This document shows, piece after piece, positions 18,207 to 27,849 of a stretch of DNA of 64,000 bases (within the stretch, counting starts at the first letter, position 1; each line of letters begins with the position of its first letter). This DNA is from Candidatus Marinacidobacterales bacterium. Its GTDB lineage: Bacteria; Acidobacteriota; Vicinamibacteria; Marinacidobacterales; DATDRI01. The stretch lies in contig CBDCNP010000002.1 in NCBI GenBank assembly GCA_965219415.1, positions 416,001 to 480,000 on the forward strand, written 5' to 3'. Below the pieces are notes generated by a model. That model searched no databases. It was given only the letters and a program-made list of their open reading frames with translations, and was not told the origin of the DNA. The position numbers and the translations under genes were made by a program.

Positions 18207-18836
18207 TCAATTCTTGAGCCCCCTGCTAGTGCCATACTGGTTGTGGAATGTCTTTTCGTGAATAGGAATACGAAGGCTTTCGGTGAAACGAACCTCGTTG
18301 GCGGCGACGCCCAGAGCAACGAATGAGACGATGCGGAGCCCTTCGGGGATGTGTAGTATATCCCGCACCTGGGGAACGCGGGCCAGCCTGGCGATCCAGG
18401 TACTTCCCAGGCCCATGCAGGTAGCAGCGAGCAAGAGGTTCTGGATAGCGGCGCCCATGGACATCAGGAAGAGATCCTCTTGCCCTTGGGTCGGGATCTC
18501 GGAGGCGTCGACGTAGGATTCCTTGCTCCCGACGTTACCGCAGACGGCGATGAGGAGCGGCACGGTAATGAGATCGGCTTGTTTCCTGGACACGGTCTGA
18601 TAGTGAGCATCGTGGAACAACGACTCCTCCAGATAAGCGTCCCGGAGCTCGCGCTGGATCTTCTCGTCGTCAATGAGAATGAGCTCCCATGGCTGGGTGT
18701 TGGCCGCCGACGGCGCCCACCGTACCGCCTCCAGCATCGTATCAATGGCTTCCGAAGATACCGCTCCCGGGCGGTAGGCCCTGCTGGTTCGCCTCCTCTT
18801 GATGACGTCCAGAAGGTACGCCGGTCCTTCGTTCAT
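18207..18836 (-). CDS. Nitroreductase-family flavoprotein
   Basis: IKRRRTSRAY, WAPSAANTQPW, GAAIQNLLLAATCMGLGSTW. Confidence 0.9.
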   Translation of the reverse strand: MNEGPAYLLDVIKRRRTSRAYRPGAVSSEAIDTMLEAVRWAPSAANTQPWELILIDDEKIQRELRDAYLEESLFHDAHYQTVSRKQADLITVPLLIAVCGNVGSKESYVDASEIPTQGQEDLFLMSMGAAIQNLLLAATCMGLGSTWIARLARVPQVRDILHIPEGLRIVSFVALGVAANEVRFTESLRIPIHEKTFHNQYGTSRGLKN

Positions 18837-18841
18837 AATGA

Positions 18842-20281
18842 CTAATTCATCGCTCGGGCGCTGGTCGTCTGTCCCGGCGAGGCGCGATCCACGAGCTCGC
18901 CATCTACCACGAAAACGATGCCTCCCTTGATGACGTGTGACACACGATGCTGCAGAATGGATATATCGAACAACGGATCGCCATCCACCACGATGATGTC
19001 GGCAAGCTTCCCCACCGAAATCGTACCCAGCTTGTCGTCGACGCCTTGCATTTGAGCAGGGCGAAACGTAGCGGCTTGAATCGCCTCCATATTCGTCAAA
19101 CCCGCGTCCGCCAGGTTCTCGATCTCGCGCGCGAGGGGACTGTGGAAGTTGAGCGGCGCTCCGGTGTCGCAGCCCGCCACGACCTGTTCACGCCCACCCG
19201 CGGCGATGTACCGCTTCAGCTTTCGCTTCGCCACCTTGATGCGCTCGGGAGCGCCGATCCCCCAGGGAATGGCGGACGGGTTGCGCCATGTCTCGACCAG
19301 CGCCGCATAGATGTCGGGAGCGAATTGCTTCTCCAGTCGAGGGTGGTCGACCGCCTCCGGAAAGTTGAGGGCGCGCACGTAGGCGTTTCGCATCTCAATG
19401 GTGGGCACGATGTACGGGCCACGCAGAATGTTGGCCGACGGACCCAAAGCGACCGGCTTGGCGCCTCGCACCAGAAGGCGGAGATCCGCATCGCTATAAT
19501 CAGAAAGAGCATCGGCGGTGAACACATGATGCATTCGGTCCACACCAGCATGAACCGCGGTGCGATACGCCTCGATATGCCGCACGTCGGCGTCCACGCC
19601 TATGCCAGCGCGGTGCGCGGCATCGGTCACTGCCTCGAGCACCGGTCGATCCCAGAAGCCATAGACCTTGATCTGATCCACTCCCATCGCGATGATGCGC
19701 TCGGCGGTCGTGCGGGCATCCTCCGCCGTGCTGACCGAGTACTCACCCGGCGTTCTCCCGATACTCCGGGTAATCTGATTCATGATGGGACCGGCGAAAT
19801 ACATTCGAGGGCCGACTTTCTCGCCTGCCTCGATTTGCGCCCGCAGTTCCTGCTGTTTCTTCAACGGCCCACCGGTGTCGCGGAAGCTGGTGACCCCCGC
19901 CAACAGATTGGTCTGCGCAGTTGAGGTCATTACCTCGATCTCACGCCCCGCGAAATCGCGCGGCAGCATCGCTGGATCGCCTTCCCCGACATGCCACAAG
20001 TGACCATGCGATTCCCAAAGTCCGGGCATAACCGTCATGCCGTTAGCATCCACGATCTGAGCTCCGCTCGGAACATCGACAACGCCAATCGGTCCCACCG
20101 CGACGATTCGGTCCCCTTGGACGAGAACGACGGCGTTCCTCAGTGGCTCCCCCCCATAACCATCGATGACACTACCTCCGACGATCGCCAAGGTGGCGGT
20201 CCCCTGACTCTCCGCGGGAGGCGTTCCCAATAACAGGAGAAGAGCTACTGCCAAGCCGGCTTGAGCAATTGTTCTTTTCAT
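18842..20281 (-). CDS. Exported amidohydrolase-family protein
   Basis: Signal MKRTIAQAGLAVALLLL; MPGLWESHGH, GVTSFRD, DQIKVY, GCDTG, GKLADI. Confidence 0.85.
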   Translation of the reverse strand: MKRTIAQAGLAVALLLLLGTPPAESQGTATLAIVGGSVIDGYGGEPLRNAVVLVQGDRIVAVGPIGVVDVPSGAQIVDANGMTVMPGLWESHGHLWHVGEGDPAMLPRDFAGREIEVMTSTAQTNLLAGVTSFRDTGGPLKKQQELRAQIEAGEKVGPRMYFAGPIMNQITRSIGRTPGEYSVSTAEDARTTAERIIAMGVDQIKVYGFWDRPVLEAVTDAAHRAGIGVDADVRHIEAYRTAVHAGVDRMHHVFTADALSDYSDADLRLLVRGAKPVALGPSANILRGPYIVPTIEMRNAYVRALNFPEAVDHPRLEKQFAPDIYAALVETWRNPSAIPWGIGAPERIKVAKRKLKRYIAAGGREQVVAGCDTGAPLNFHSPLAREIENLADAGLTNMEAIQAATFRPAQMQGVDDKLGTISVGKLADIIVVDGDPLFDISILQHRVSHVIKGGIVFVVDGELVDRASPGQTTSARAMN

Positions 20282-20306
20282 ATCAAGTCTCCTAACACGC
20301 GGTTGA

Positions 20307-21698
20307 TCAATTCCATGACAAACCGTCGTAACGCACGCCATCCTTCAGCACGAAATGGATTCGATTCCAGGCCCAGCGCTCGGTGAGTGGGTCGGCCCGG
20401 AGCGAGATCATATCCGCCCGCTTTCCAACCTCCAAGGTTCCCAAGCGATCCCCGTAACCGAGGTTCTGAGCGGCTACCGCCGTCGCGGCACGGATCGCAT
20501 CCATAGGTGAAAACCCTCCTTCGATAAGAAACTCGATGGAGTTGCCGATCCCACCGTAGTACAGCGTATCCAAGCCAAGGCTGAGCGGGACGCCGGCGCG
20601 ATGGGCGGCGAGCGCCTGGCTCTGCTGCGTCCGGATGGACGGGAAGAAGTCCCGCCCGGCACGATTGGCCTCATTGTCCTGATAGTCACGGTCCACGGTT
20701 TCGACGTCCGGGTTTTCTTTTCGATAGTCGAAGTAGTGCTGACGGCCATAGTCGATCCAATCACCGGGCGACTTGGCACCGGTATCCATGAACTTCCAGG
20801 TGCTCTTGTCGGGACGCAGGCCGACGTAGACCAACGGGGTGAAGCTCACCGTGGTCCCGTGCTCCACCATCATTTGAATGATCTCGTCCGTCATCGGCCG
20901 AGCGTGCTCGATATTATCGGCACCGGCGAGTATCGCGGTCTTCATCGATGAACCCCAACGGCCCGTTGCATGCACGGTAACTTTGATTCCCAAGCGATGC
21001 GCCTCATCGACTAACGCGGTGAGCTCCTCGAGCGTAAACATCGTGGCTTCCGGTGAGCGATCGATCAACGTGACCTTGACCCATTCCGACCCGTGGTGAA
21101 AGTTCTCCCTTACCTGCCGCCTGGCTTCCCAGGGACTATCCACCCAGTCCTTGGGATCGACAAAGTGTCCACCCGTCGGGGTGATGATCGGCCCTCCCAG
21201 GATCAAACGCGGGCCGGGAACCATACCTTCCCGTATCGCGCTACGCAAATGGAGGTCGTTCCAATGAGCTTCTCCGGTCATACGCGATGTCGTGATACCA
21301 CAGAGCAACTGCACACGCGCGTTGCGGACGATACGAAGCATCTGGATCGCGTCCGGCTGCATGAGTTGACCAACGAGTCCTTCCACTCCGACTCCGACGT
21401 CGATGCCGTATCGCAAACTGAGATGGGTGTGAGTGTCGATCAACCCAGGAAGCAACGTTTCTCCTTCTAAATCAATAACTTCCGCGCCTGACGGGATGGT
21501 AACCCGGGAAGCCGGACCAACCGCCTCGATGGTGTCGCCACGCACCACGACCACTCCGTTCTCAATGGGCGCCCCACCGGTCCCATCGATAATCTGTCCG
21601 GCCCTGACAGCGATGACCGCGATGACTCTTTCTTGAGCGGCGACGCCCATGGAAAGCGAGAGAAAGAAAACCATGAATGGAACGTTTCTGAGTTTCAT
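20307..21698 (-). CDS. Exported amidohydrolase (Xaa-Pro dipeptidase-like); paralog of 23502-24920
   Basis: Signal peptide; PGLIDTHTH, TGGH, WVKV, VHATG, IEH, GLD, GKRAD. Confidence 0.87.
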   Translation of the reverse strand: MKLRNVPFMVFFLSLSMGVAAQERVIAVIAVRAGQIIDGTGGAPIENGVVVVRGDTIEAVGPASRVTIPSGAEVIDLEGETLLPGLIDTHTHLSLRYGIDVGVGVEGLVGQLMQPDAIQMLRIVRNARVQLLCGITTSRMTGEAHWNDLHLRSAIREGMVPGPRLILGGPIITPTGGHFVDPKDWVDSPWEARRQVRENFHHGSEWVKVTLIDRSPEATMFTLEELTALVDEAHRLGIKVTVHATGRWGSSMKTAILAGADNIEHARPMTDEIIQMMVEHGTTVSFTPLVYVGLRPDKSTWKFMDTGAKSPGDWIDYGRQHYFDYRKENPDVETVDRDYQDNEANRAGRDFFPSIRTQQSQALAAHRAGVPLSLGLDTLYYGGIGNSIEFLIEGGFSPMDAIRAATAVAAQNLGYGDRLGTLEVGKRADMISLRADPLTERWAWNRIHFVLKDGVRYDGLSWN

Positions 21699-21700
21699 TC

Positions 21701-22774
21701 CTACCCTTTCTTATCAGGGTCGTCGGAAACGAGGGTTTCTGAGAAAAAAGGAAATACCTTCTTTTCGAGTCGCTCCCCAATGCGGTTGGTATGATCGCCC
21801 TGATACTGTTCGAAAGAGTGCTCGATGTCTCGTGCAGCGAGTGCCTGCGACAATGTGCGGCTACCCAGCGGGATGTGAGTGATCGGATCGGTATCGCCAA
21901 CATCGAAGCCGATGCCCCGTAAACGGGCGAAGCCTCCTGCCAATGCATCCATGGACTCCGCCGGGAAGCGAGTTATCCACTCCTGATAAATTCTTTCGTC
22001 AGGAACCACCGAGCCATTCGCCAACCTGAACGGAAAGTCCACCAGGAAAGGGTTGTTCCCCGGGTTCGGCGACATCGCCGCGGCCACCGAGACGAAGGCG
22101 TTCGGATACATCCCGGCACCCACGAGTTCCTTTCTCTTGCTGAGCTGAAGCGTCGGGATCCAAGCGGGGTTGGACGCCATCACATCCCCCTCCATGCTGA
22201 GACAGCAGGCGCTCAGTCCGTAGATCACCGAGTAGACATCCGAATGTCGTGCCGCCAAGAAAATTGCGCCGTAGCCCCCCATCGAATGGCCCGCGATGCC
22301 GCGGCTCTCGCTTCTGGCTAGAGTGCGATACGTCTCGTCTACGAACTCGACGAGATCCTTGGTGATGAAGTCGCCCCAATTACCGGTAACGGAGGAGTTG
22401 ATGTAATAGCTACCCCCATACGCGTTTCGCCCATCCGGCATGACCAGGATCATTTCTTGGATTTTGCCGTCCTCGATCAGCCGGTCCATTACAGTCTGAA
22501 CGTTGAATCCCTGGAAGAAACCATCTCGCCAGATCGTATTGGTGTCGTCATAGCCATGGAGAAGATAGACCGCCGGGTACCGTATTTCGCTCTCGTGATA
22601 CCCGGGCGGAAGATACACGATGACACTCCGGTAGGCGGGGTCACCCAGGAGGTTGTTCTTTAAGGCGTCACTGTAAACACTCTGGTAGACGAGCTCGCTC
22701 TCACCGGCGGCGACGAAGGCGACACCTGCCGACGCCGACACGCACAGCGCGATGAGGACGGCCCCAAGTCTCAT
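21701..22774 (-). CDS. Secreted esterase (alpha/beta hydrolase)
   Basis: VYLPPGY..RYPAVYLLHG, GHSMGGYGA, DVGDTD, GDH. Confidence 0.88.
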   Translation of the reverse strand: MRLGAVLIALCVSASAGVAFVAAGESELVYQSVYSDALKNNLLGDPAYRSVIVYLPPGYHESEIRYPAVYLLHGYDDTNTIWRDGFFQGFNVQTVMDRLIEDGKIQEMILVMPDGRNAYGGSYYINSSVTGNWGDFITKDLVEFVDETYRTLARSESRGIAGHSMGGYGAIFLAARHSDVYSVIYGLSACCLSMEGDVMASNPAWIPTLQLSKRKELVGAGMYPNAFVSVAAAMSPNPGNNPFLVDFPFRLANGSVVPDERIYQEWITRFPAESMDALAGGFARLRGIGFDVGDTDPITHIPLGSRTLSQALAARDIEHSFEQYQGDHTNRIGERLEKKVFPFFSETLVSDDPDKKG

Positions 22775-23484
22775 AGACGTCTTGCCATTTCCTTCCTGGG
22801 CGAAGGAAAGGCCCGCTTGCTCTGCGCTAGATCCATCCTAACGAGCATCTCGCACATTCGTATTCCCGCGACCCCGGCATCGATTACCGGGATGCCTAGC
22901 GCTTCTTGCGCGCCGCTGGCAAGCCCGATCATTCCCGTGCAACCTAAGATGAGCGAGTCTGCGCCATCTTCATCGATCGCCTTCCGCCCCTCGGCGATGG
23001 TCTTGTCCAGCACCGCGTTGTCTTTCTCCAGCTCTACGACGGGGACTTCGATCGACCGGATCGAGGCCATGCGATCCTCGAGCCCGGTCAGCCGGATCTT
23101 ATCCAGCATGAAGCCGTTGCCCCGGCTGAGAGGAGACAACCAAGTGAATCTCCGACCGACGAGGCATGCCAGTGCCACGGAAGTTTCCATGATCCCGACC
23201 ACCGGGATCTCCAAATGCTCCTTAGCGGCTGCGACCCCCGGATCTGCCGCGCAGAAAACGATCAGGCCGTGGTACCGCATCTGATCCGTGTTCTCGATTT
23301 CCTGGATCAGATAGGTCATTTGGATGTCTTCCCAGAAATGCTGCTCTGGAGACTCGATTCCCTGTTTGAGGAAGACCCAATCGAGTTCGGTCTCGGGATC
23401 GTGGGCATCCGCGTATCCGTCTTTCATGCGCGGAAGCCAGTCCACGGTCGTGACGATGACTGGATTGATGACTTTTATTTTCAT
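22771..23484 (-). CDS. Asp/Glu/hydantoin racemase-family protein (hydantoin/allantoin racemase-like)
   Basis: MKIKVINP; catalytic Cys pair in CAADPG and LGCTGM; IPVVG, GIPVID. Confidence 0.88.
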   Translation of the reverse strand: MKIKVINPVIVTTVDWLPRMKDGYADAHDPETELDWVFLKQGIESPEQHFWEDIQMTYLIQEIENTDQMRYHGLIVFCAADPGVAAAKEHLEIPVVGIMETSVALACLVGRRFTWLSPLSRGNGFMLDKIRLTGLEDRMASIRSIEVPVVELEKDNAVLDKTIAEGRKAIDEDGADSLILGCTGMIGLASGAQEALGIPVIDAGVAGIRMCEMLVRMDLAQSKRAFPSPRKEMARRL

Positions 23485-23501
23485 GCTGGCCCTCCCCACG
23501 G

Positions 23502-24920
23502 TTAGTTCCAACTAAGCGTGTCGTAACGCCTGCCGCCCTTCATTATTAGTCGAATCCTATGGAGGGCCCGGACGTCGGCCCGGGGATCGCCCTCGACGGA
23601 GATGATATCCGCGGCTCGCCCCGGTCGAAGCGTGCCGACGCTGTCATCGAAACCGCTGATTTGCGCGGCGGAGCCGGTGGCGATGTGGATGACGTCCTTT
23701 AGAGGAATACCGGCCTCCACGAGCCACTCCATGCTAAGCGTAATACCTCCGTAAATCGTGTCCAACCCCAGGCTCATCGGGATGCCGGCCCGAAACGCAT
23801 TCAATACATCGGCCTGTCGCTTCTTGACCGCCGGGAAGTGATCCCGACTCGCCCGGTTGGACTCGTTATCGGCGTACGGACGATCTTCTGTCTCCCAGTC
23901 GGGATGCTCACGCCTCCACGTCACCATGATGTCGCGCATGAAGTTGATCCACTGCTCCCCCGTCTCCACATCATGGTCCAAGTAGCGCCACCACTCCGGA
24001 GTCGGACGAAAACCGATGTAGACGAGAGGAGTCAGGCTCACCGCGGTCCCGTTGTCCTTCAAGAGCTGAATGATTTCGTTGCTGAGGGGACGAGCATGCT
24101 CGATGCTATCCGCGCCCGCTTCTACCGCGACCCGAATCGAAGAGCCCCAGTTACCCGTGCAGTGGGCAGTCACCGGAATGCCCGAGGCGTGAGCGACATC
24201 GACCGCGGCCTTTGCCTCTTCGACGGTGAGCTGACTCTTGGTGGGAGAAAGGTCCATCATCGATAGCTTGATCACACGCGCCTCGTGTTCGAAGTTTCTG
24301 CGGACGATCTTCACCGCTTCCCAGGGGCCGTCGACCTCGAGAATGAAGGGCGAGCCATGTCCACCGGTACCGGTGATGCCTTCTCCCGAAGGGATGATCC
24401 GCGGACCGGCGATCATGCCGGAATCAATCGCACGCTTAATGGCGAAGTCCAGACCTTGCACCTCCCCCGTCATTCTCATAGTCGTGATTCCGCAGAGAAG
24501 CTGGGTCCGCGCGTTCTTGGTGAAACGCATCCCCAGCGCCCCGGCGTTCCCCGCCGCCTGTGCACGCCTCCCCGCGGCACCTCCCCCGGCATAGCGATAG
24601 CGGAGATGCCCGTGCGTATCCCAAAGCCCGGGCATGAGGGTGTGGTCCCCGAGATCGAGGGTCTCCACGTTCGCCGGTATTCTCACGTCCGAAGCGCGGC
24701 CGACCGACTCGATGACCCCGTCCCGAACCAACACCACCGCGTCGGCGATGGCCTCGGCACCGGTCCCGTCGTAGAGCAAGGCCGCTTTAACCGCGAGAGG
24801 GCGCTCGGCTTGTGCCGCGTCACCCTTTAATGGCGCCACCGGAACGATGCCGAGACCCAAGAAAAGGGTCCCTAACCAGAGCCTGTGCGGTACCGTCATT
24901 TTGTCCTCCATGGACCTCAT
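23502..24920 (-). CDS. Exported amidohydrolase (Xaa-Pro dipeptidase-like)
   Basis: PGLWDTHGH, TGGHG, VIKL, AHCTG, IEH, GLD; alternative start at 24899. Confidence 0.87.
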   Translation of the reverse strand: MRSMEDKMTVPHRLWLGTLFLGLGIVPVAPLKGDAAQAERPLAVKAALLYDGTGAEAIADAVVLVRDGVIESVGRASDVRIPANVETLDLGDHTLMPGLWDTHGHLRYRYAGGGAAGRRAQAAGNAGALGMRFTKNARTQLLCGITTMRMTGEVQGLDFAIKRAIDSGMIAGPRIIPSGEGITGTGGHGSPFILEVDGPWEAVKIVRRNFEHEARVIKLSMMDLSPTKSQLTVEEAKAAVDVAHASGIPVTAHCTGNWGSSIRVAVEAGADSIEHARPLSNEIIQLLKDNGTAVSLTPLVYIGFRPTPEWWRYLDHDVETGEQWINFMRDIMVTWRREHPDWETEDRPYADNESNRASRDHFPAVKKRQADVLNAFRAGIPMSLGLDTIYGGITLSMEWLVEAGIPLKDVIHIATGSAAQISGFDDSVGTLRPGRAADIISVEGDPRADVRALHRIRLIMKGGRRYDTLSWN

Positions 24921-26869
24921 GGCAACCTCAGAGCAATCAATTCTGCAGGCTCCGACGCCCCGCCGATCGCCACCACGATGTACTGCTTGCTATCGACCAT
25001 GTAAGACATCGGCGCACCGGTGGCGTTGCCGGGAAGCGGAACTTCCGCGACCAGCGTTCCATCGTTGGGGTCGAACGCCATAAGCGTGGGCTCGACGTTG
25101 GTCAGCTTCAAACCACCGACGTCCCCCTGCGGGGTTCGCTGTGAGCTCCGGTCACCCTGTTGAGCCACGAAGAGCAACGTCTTGGTCGCCAACGGAAAAG
25201 CGCGACGAGGCCAGCCCAAGCGAGGCAGGTCCAGACCCTCGAGCGCCGGATGGTCTAGCGGCCCCTTGCCAAGCGTCGCCATCCACTTGTGCTCCCCGGT
25301 GCTCAGATCGATGGCCGTAACGCGAGCGTAAGGGGGTTTGAAGAGTGGAAGCCCCTGTGGCCCCTCCGGCATCGATACGTTGCCCATGCGCTTCATGTCG
25401 GAGCGCTCGGGATCGGGCACCATCAGCTTTACCGACGTCGGAGACAAGATGGAAGGGACGTAGAGGATTTCGGTTTCAGGATCGAAGGCGGCTCCCGCCC
25501 AGCTCGCGCCGCCCGCCCAACCGGGCAAGACGATCGTCATCCGTGCGGTCGGCGGCGTGTACAGAGAACCATATTCGTATTGCTCCAGGATGGCCTTGCC
25601 TTCGGAACGAAGCTCCGGAGTGAAATCGATCAATTGGTCGACGGTGACGCCTTGCGGATCGAAGGGCGGCGGCTTGGTCGGAAATGGTTGCGTGGGAGAA
25701 GACTTCTCGCCGGAAACGGTCGACTGCGGAACGGGACGCTCATCGATTGGCCAGACCGGCTCTCCGGTCACACGATCGAGAACGAACGTGAAGCCCTGCT
25801 TCGTGACTTGTGCAACGGCTTTGACCTCCTGCCCGTCCACCGTAATGTCGACCAAGTTAGGGGCGGCGGGAAGGTCATAATCCCAGAGACCGTGGTGCAC
25901 AATCTGGTAATGCCACACCCGTTCCCCAGTCGCGGTGTCCAGGGCCACCAACGCCTCGCCGAACAAGTTATCACCTTGGCGATGTCCTCCGTAGAAATCG
26001 TTGGTCGGCGTGCCGAAGGGAAGGTAAACGTAACCGAGCTCATCGTCGCAACTCATCAATGTCCAGACGTTGGTATTGCCAGTAGATTTCCAGGACTCGT
26101 TCTCCCACGTTTCGACTCCGGTCTCTTCCTCCTGAGGCACCGAGTGGAACGTCCAGAGCTTCTTGCCAGTCGTGGGATCGAATCCCCGCACGTCTCCAAC
26201 CGGCATCTTCGTGCTAGGCTCGAAGTCGGTCATCGAGGACCCCACGACCACGACGTCGCCGCAGACAATCGGTGGCGAGGTCATGGTGTAGACATCGCGT
26301 CGATGTGGACCGCGTAGCCCTTCGACCAAATCGACCCGCCCGTTTTCACCGAACCCCTCGATCGGCGAGCCCGTCTCTGCATTGAGCGCAACTAGATTCG
26401 CATCTCCGGTGGCGATGAATACTCTTCCCTTCCAATAGTCCACACCCCGGTGAATGAACCACTTCGAGGGAGTGTCATTCCTCCAAGACTCCGGATCGAA
26501 AGACCAGATGGTCTCGCCGGTCTGCGCGTCGATGGCCGCGACTTGGCTCAGCGAAGTGCTGGTGTAGAGAACGCCATCGATCATCAAGGGCGTGGTTTCC
26601 CAGGCCCATGACCAAAGCTCCGGATTCCCATCGAGCACTTTTTTCTCGACCGAAAGCCAGCGCCATGCGATCTGTAACTCGTTCACGTTCTGGGCGTGAA
26701 TCTGATCGAGGGCGGCATACTTGGAGCTCGCCTTGTCCGCACCGTACGACCGCCATTCAATATGGTCAGGCGGGCTCGACGTATCCGCGGGCGGCTCCGC
26801 GCTCCCGCAGGAGGCGAGTATCCCGCAAAAGCAAATGCACGCCAATAGAGCAGCAGCAGTGTGAGTCAC
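24917..26869 (-). CDS. PQQ-dependent dehydrogenase (glucose/quinate dehydrogenase-like lipoprotein)
   Basis: Lipobox LASC; TPLMIDGVLY, TSPP, GDVRGFD, YGGHRQGDNL, WHYQIVHHGLWDYD, VTKQGF, GAPMSY. Confidence 0.92.
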   Translation of the reverse strand: MTHTAAALLACICFCGILASCGSAEPPADTSSPPDHIEWRSYGADKASSKYAALDQIHAQNVNELQIAWRWLSVEKKVLDGNPELWSWAWETTPLMIDGVLYTSTSLSQVAAIDAQTGETIWSFDPESWRNDTPSKWFIHRGVDYWKGRVFIATGDANLVALNAETGSPIEGFGENGRVDLVEGLRGPHRRDVYTMTSPPIVCGDVVVVGSSMTDFEPSTKMPVGDVRGFDPTTGKKLWTFHSVPQEEETGVETWENESWKSTGNTNVWTLMSCDDELGYVYLPFGTPTNDFYGGHRQGDNLFGEALVALDTATGERVWHYQIVHHGLWDYDLPAAPNLVDITVDGQEVKAVAQVTKQGFTFVLDRVTGEPVWPIDERPVPQSTVSGEKSSPTQPFPTKPPPFDPQGVTVDQLIDFTPELRSEGKAILEQYEYGSLYTPPTARMTIVLPGWAGGASWAGAAFDPETEILYVPSILSPTSVKLMVPDPERSDMKRMGNVSMPEGPQGLPLFKPPYARVTAIDLSTGEHKWMATLGKGPLDHPALEGLDLPRLGWPRRAFPLATKTLLFVAQQGDRSSQRTPQGDVGGLKLTNVEPTLMAFDPNDGTLVAEVPLPGNATGAPMSYMVDSKQYIVVAIGGASEPAELIALRLP

Positions 26870-26871
26870 TA

Positions 26872-27849
26872 CTAGTAAATGTCCTGGTCTTTGGACGACA
26901 CGAGTGGACCTTGGTAACCGAATCGGCGGATTTCTTTGACGTTCGCTTCGGGGTCGTCGCTGTAGTTCTGCTCGTGATACAGAACGAGCAAGCTTGGTCG
27001 CACCTTGTCCGCCAACCGAGCCAGCTCTTCGGTTGAGGTGTGATAGAGGCCCATCGATTTCTTCTTGCTTTCGACGTCATCCCCGCCCCAGGGCGCGTTG
27101 GCCAACCCGTCCAGACCATAGACTTCGTGAACCAAGACATCCGCGTCCCGACTCGCGGCCTCGATACCTGCACAGGGCACGGTATCGCCAGAGATGGTAA
27201 CGACTCGATCCGGTGTCGTGAATCGGTAGGCCACCGTCAACGGGAAGCCGGCGTGCTTGGTCTCGAACGCCTCCACCTCCACGTTGTCGTCCTCGTAGAC
27301 CAGGCCCGGACCACTAACTACATGGCCGACGGATTTCCACGCGTTATCACTTTTTTGGGCCGGGCCGTGGACGAACTCGTCGATCGCCGGCCGGTATGCC
27401 TTGAGGATGTAACTCACCAAATCGGGGGTCCCCGGAGGTCCGTACACTTGAGCCGGTTCGAGCCGCACCTGCTTGCCCATTGACCAAGGGTGGAGGAGTA
27501 TCGCCGGCAGGCCGATGATGTGATCGACATGAAGGTGGGTCAGAAAGAAGTGACCGAGGTTGGGTGCGGCCAGCGCCGCGACCTCACCACCGAAACGCGG
27601 GGTCGCCGCGCCGGTCGCCCTCCAAATGCCTTCTCCCGCATCGACGATGTAGGGGCGACCGTTGACGATCACCGCAACGGCTGGGCCACGGCGGTGGGGA
27701 TCGGGAAGGGGCGTGCCCGAGCCCAGGATCACGACCTTGGTGACATCCGAGGGTGAGTATTCTCCGCCCCATGCGGGCGGCACCCGGTAGCTCTCAGTTG
27801 CGACGATGAGCGCCGCTACCGCAAGGGTCGCCCGAATCGGATCTCTCAT
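26872..27849 (-). CDS. Secreted MBL-fold metallo-hydrolase (AtsA/RNase Z-like)
   Basis: Signal peptide; LGSGTPLPDP, DAG, THLHVDH, SGDT, VHE, YHTS, LYH. Confidence 0.85.
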   Translation of the reverse strand: MRDPIRATLAVAALIVATESYRVPPAWGGEYSPSDVTKVVILGSGTPLPDPHRRGPAVAVIVNGRPYIVDAGEGIWRATGAATPRFGGEVAALAAPNLGHFFLTHLHVDHIIGLPAILLHPWSMGKQVRLEPAQVYGPPGTPDLVSYILKAYRPAIDEFVHGPAQKSDNAWKSVGHVVSGPGLVYEDDNVEVEAFETKHAGFPLTVAYRFTTPDRVVTISGDTVPCAGIEAASRDADVLVHEVYGLDGLANAPWGGDDVESKKKSMGLYHTSTEELARLADKVRPSLLVLYHEQNYSDDPEANVKEIRRFGYQGPLVSSKDQDIY

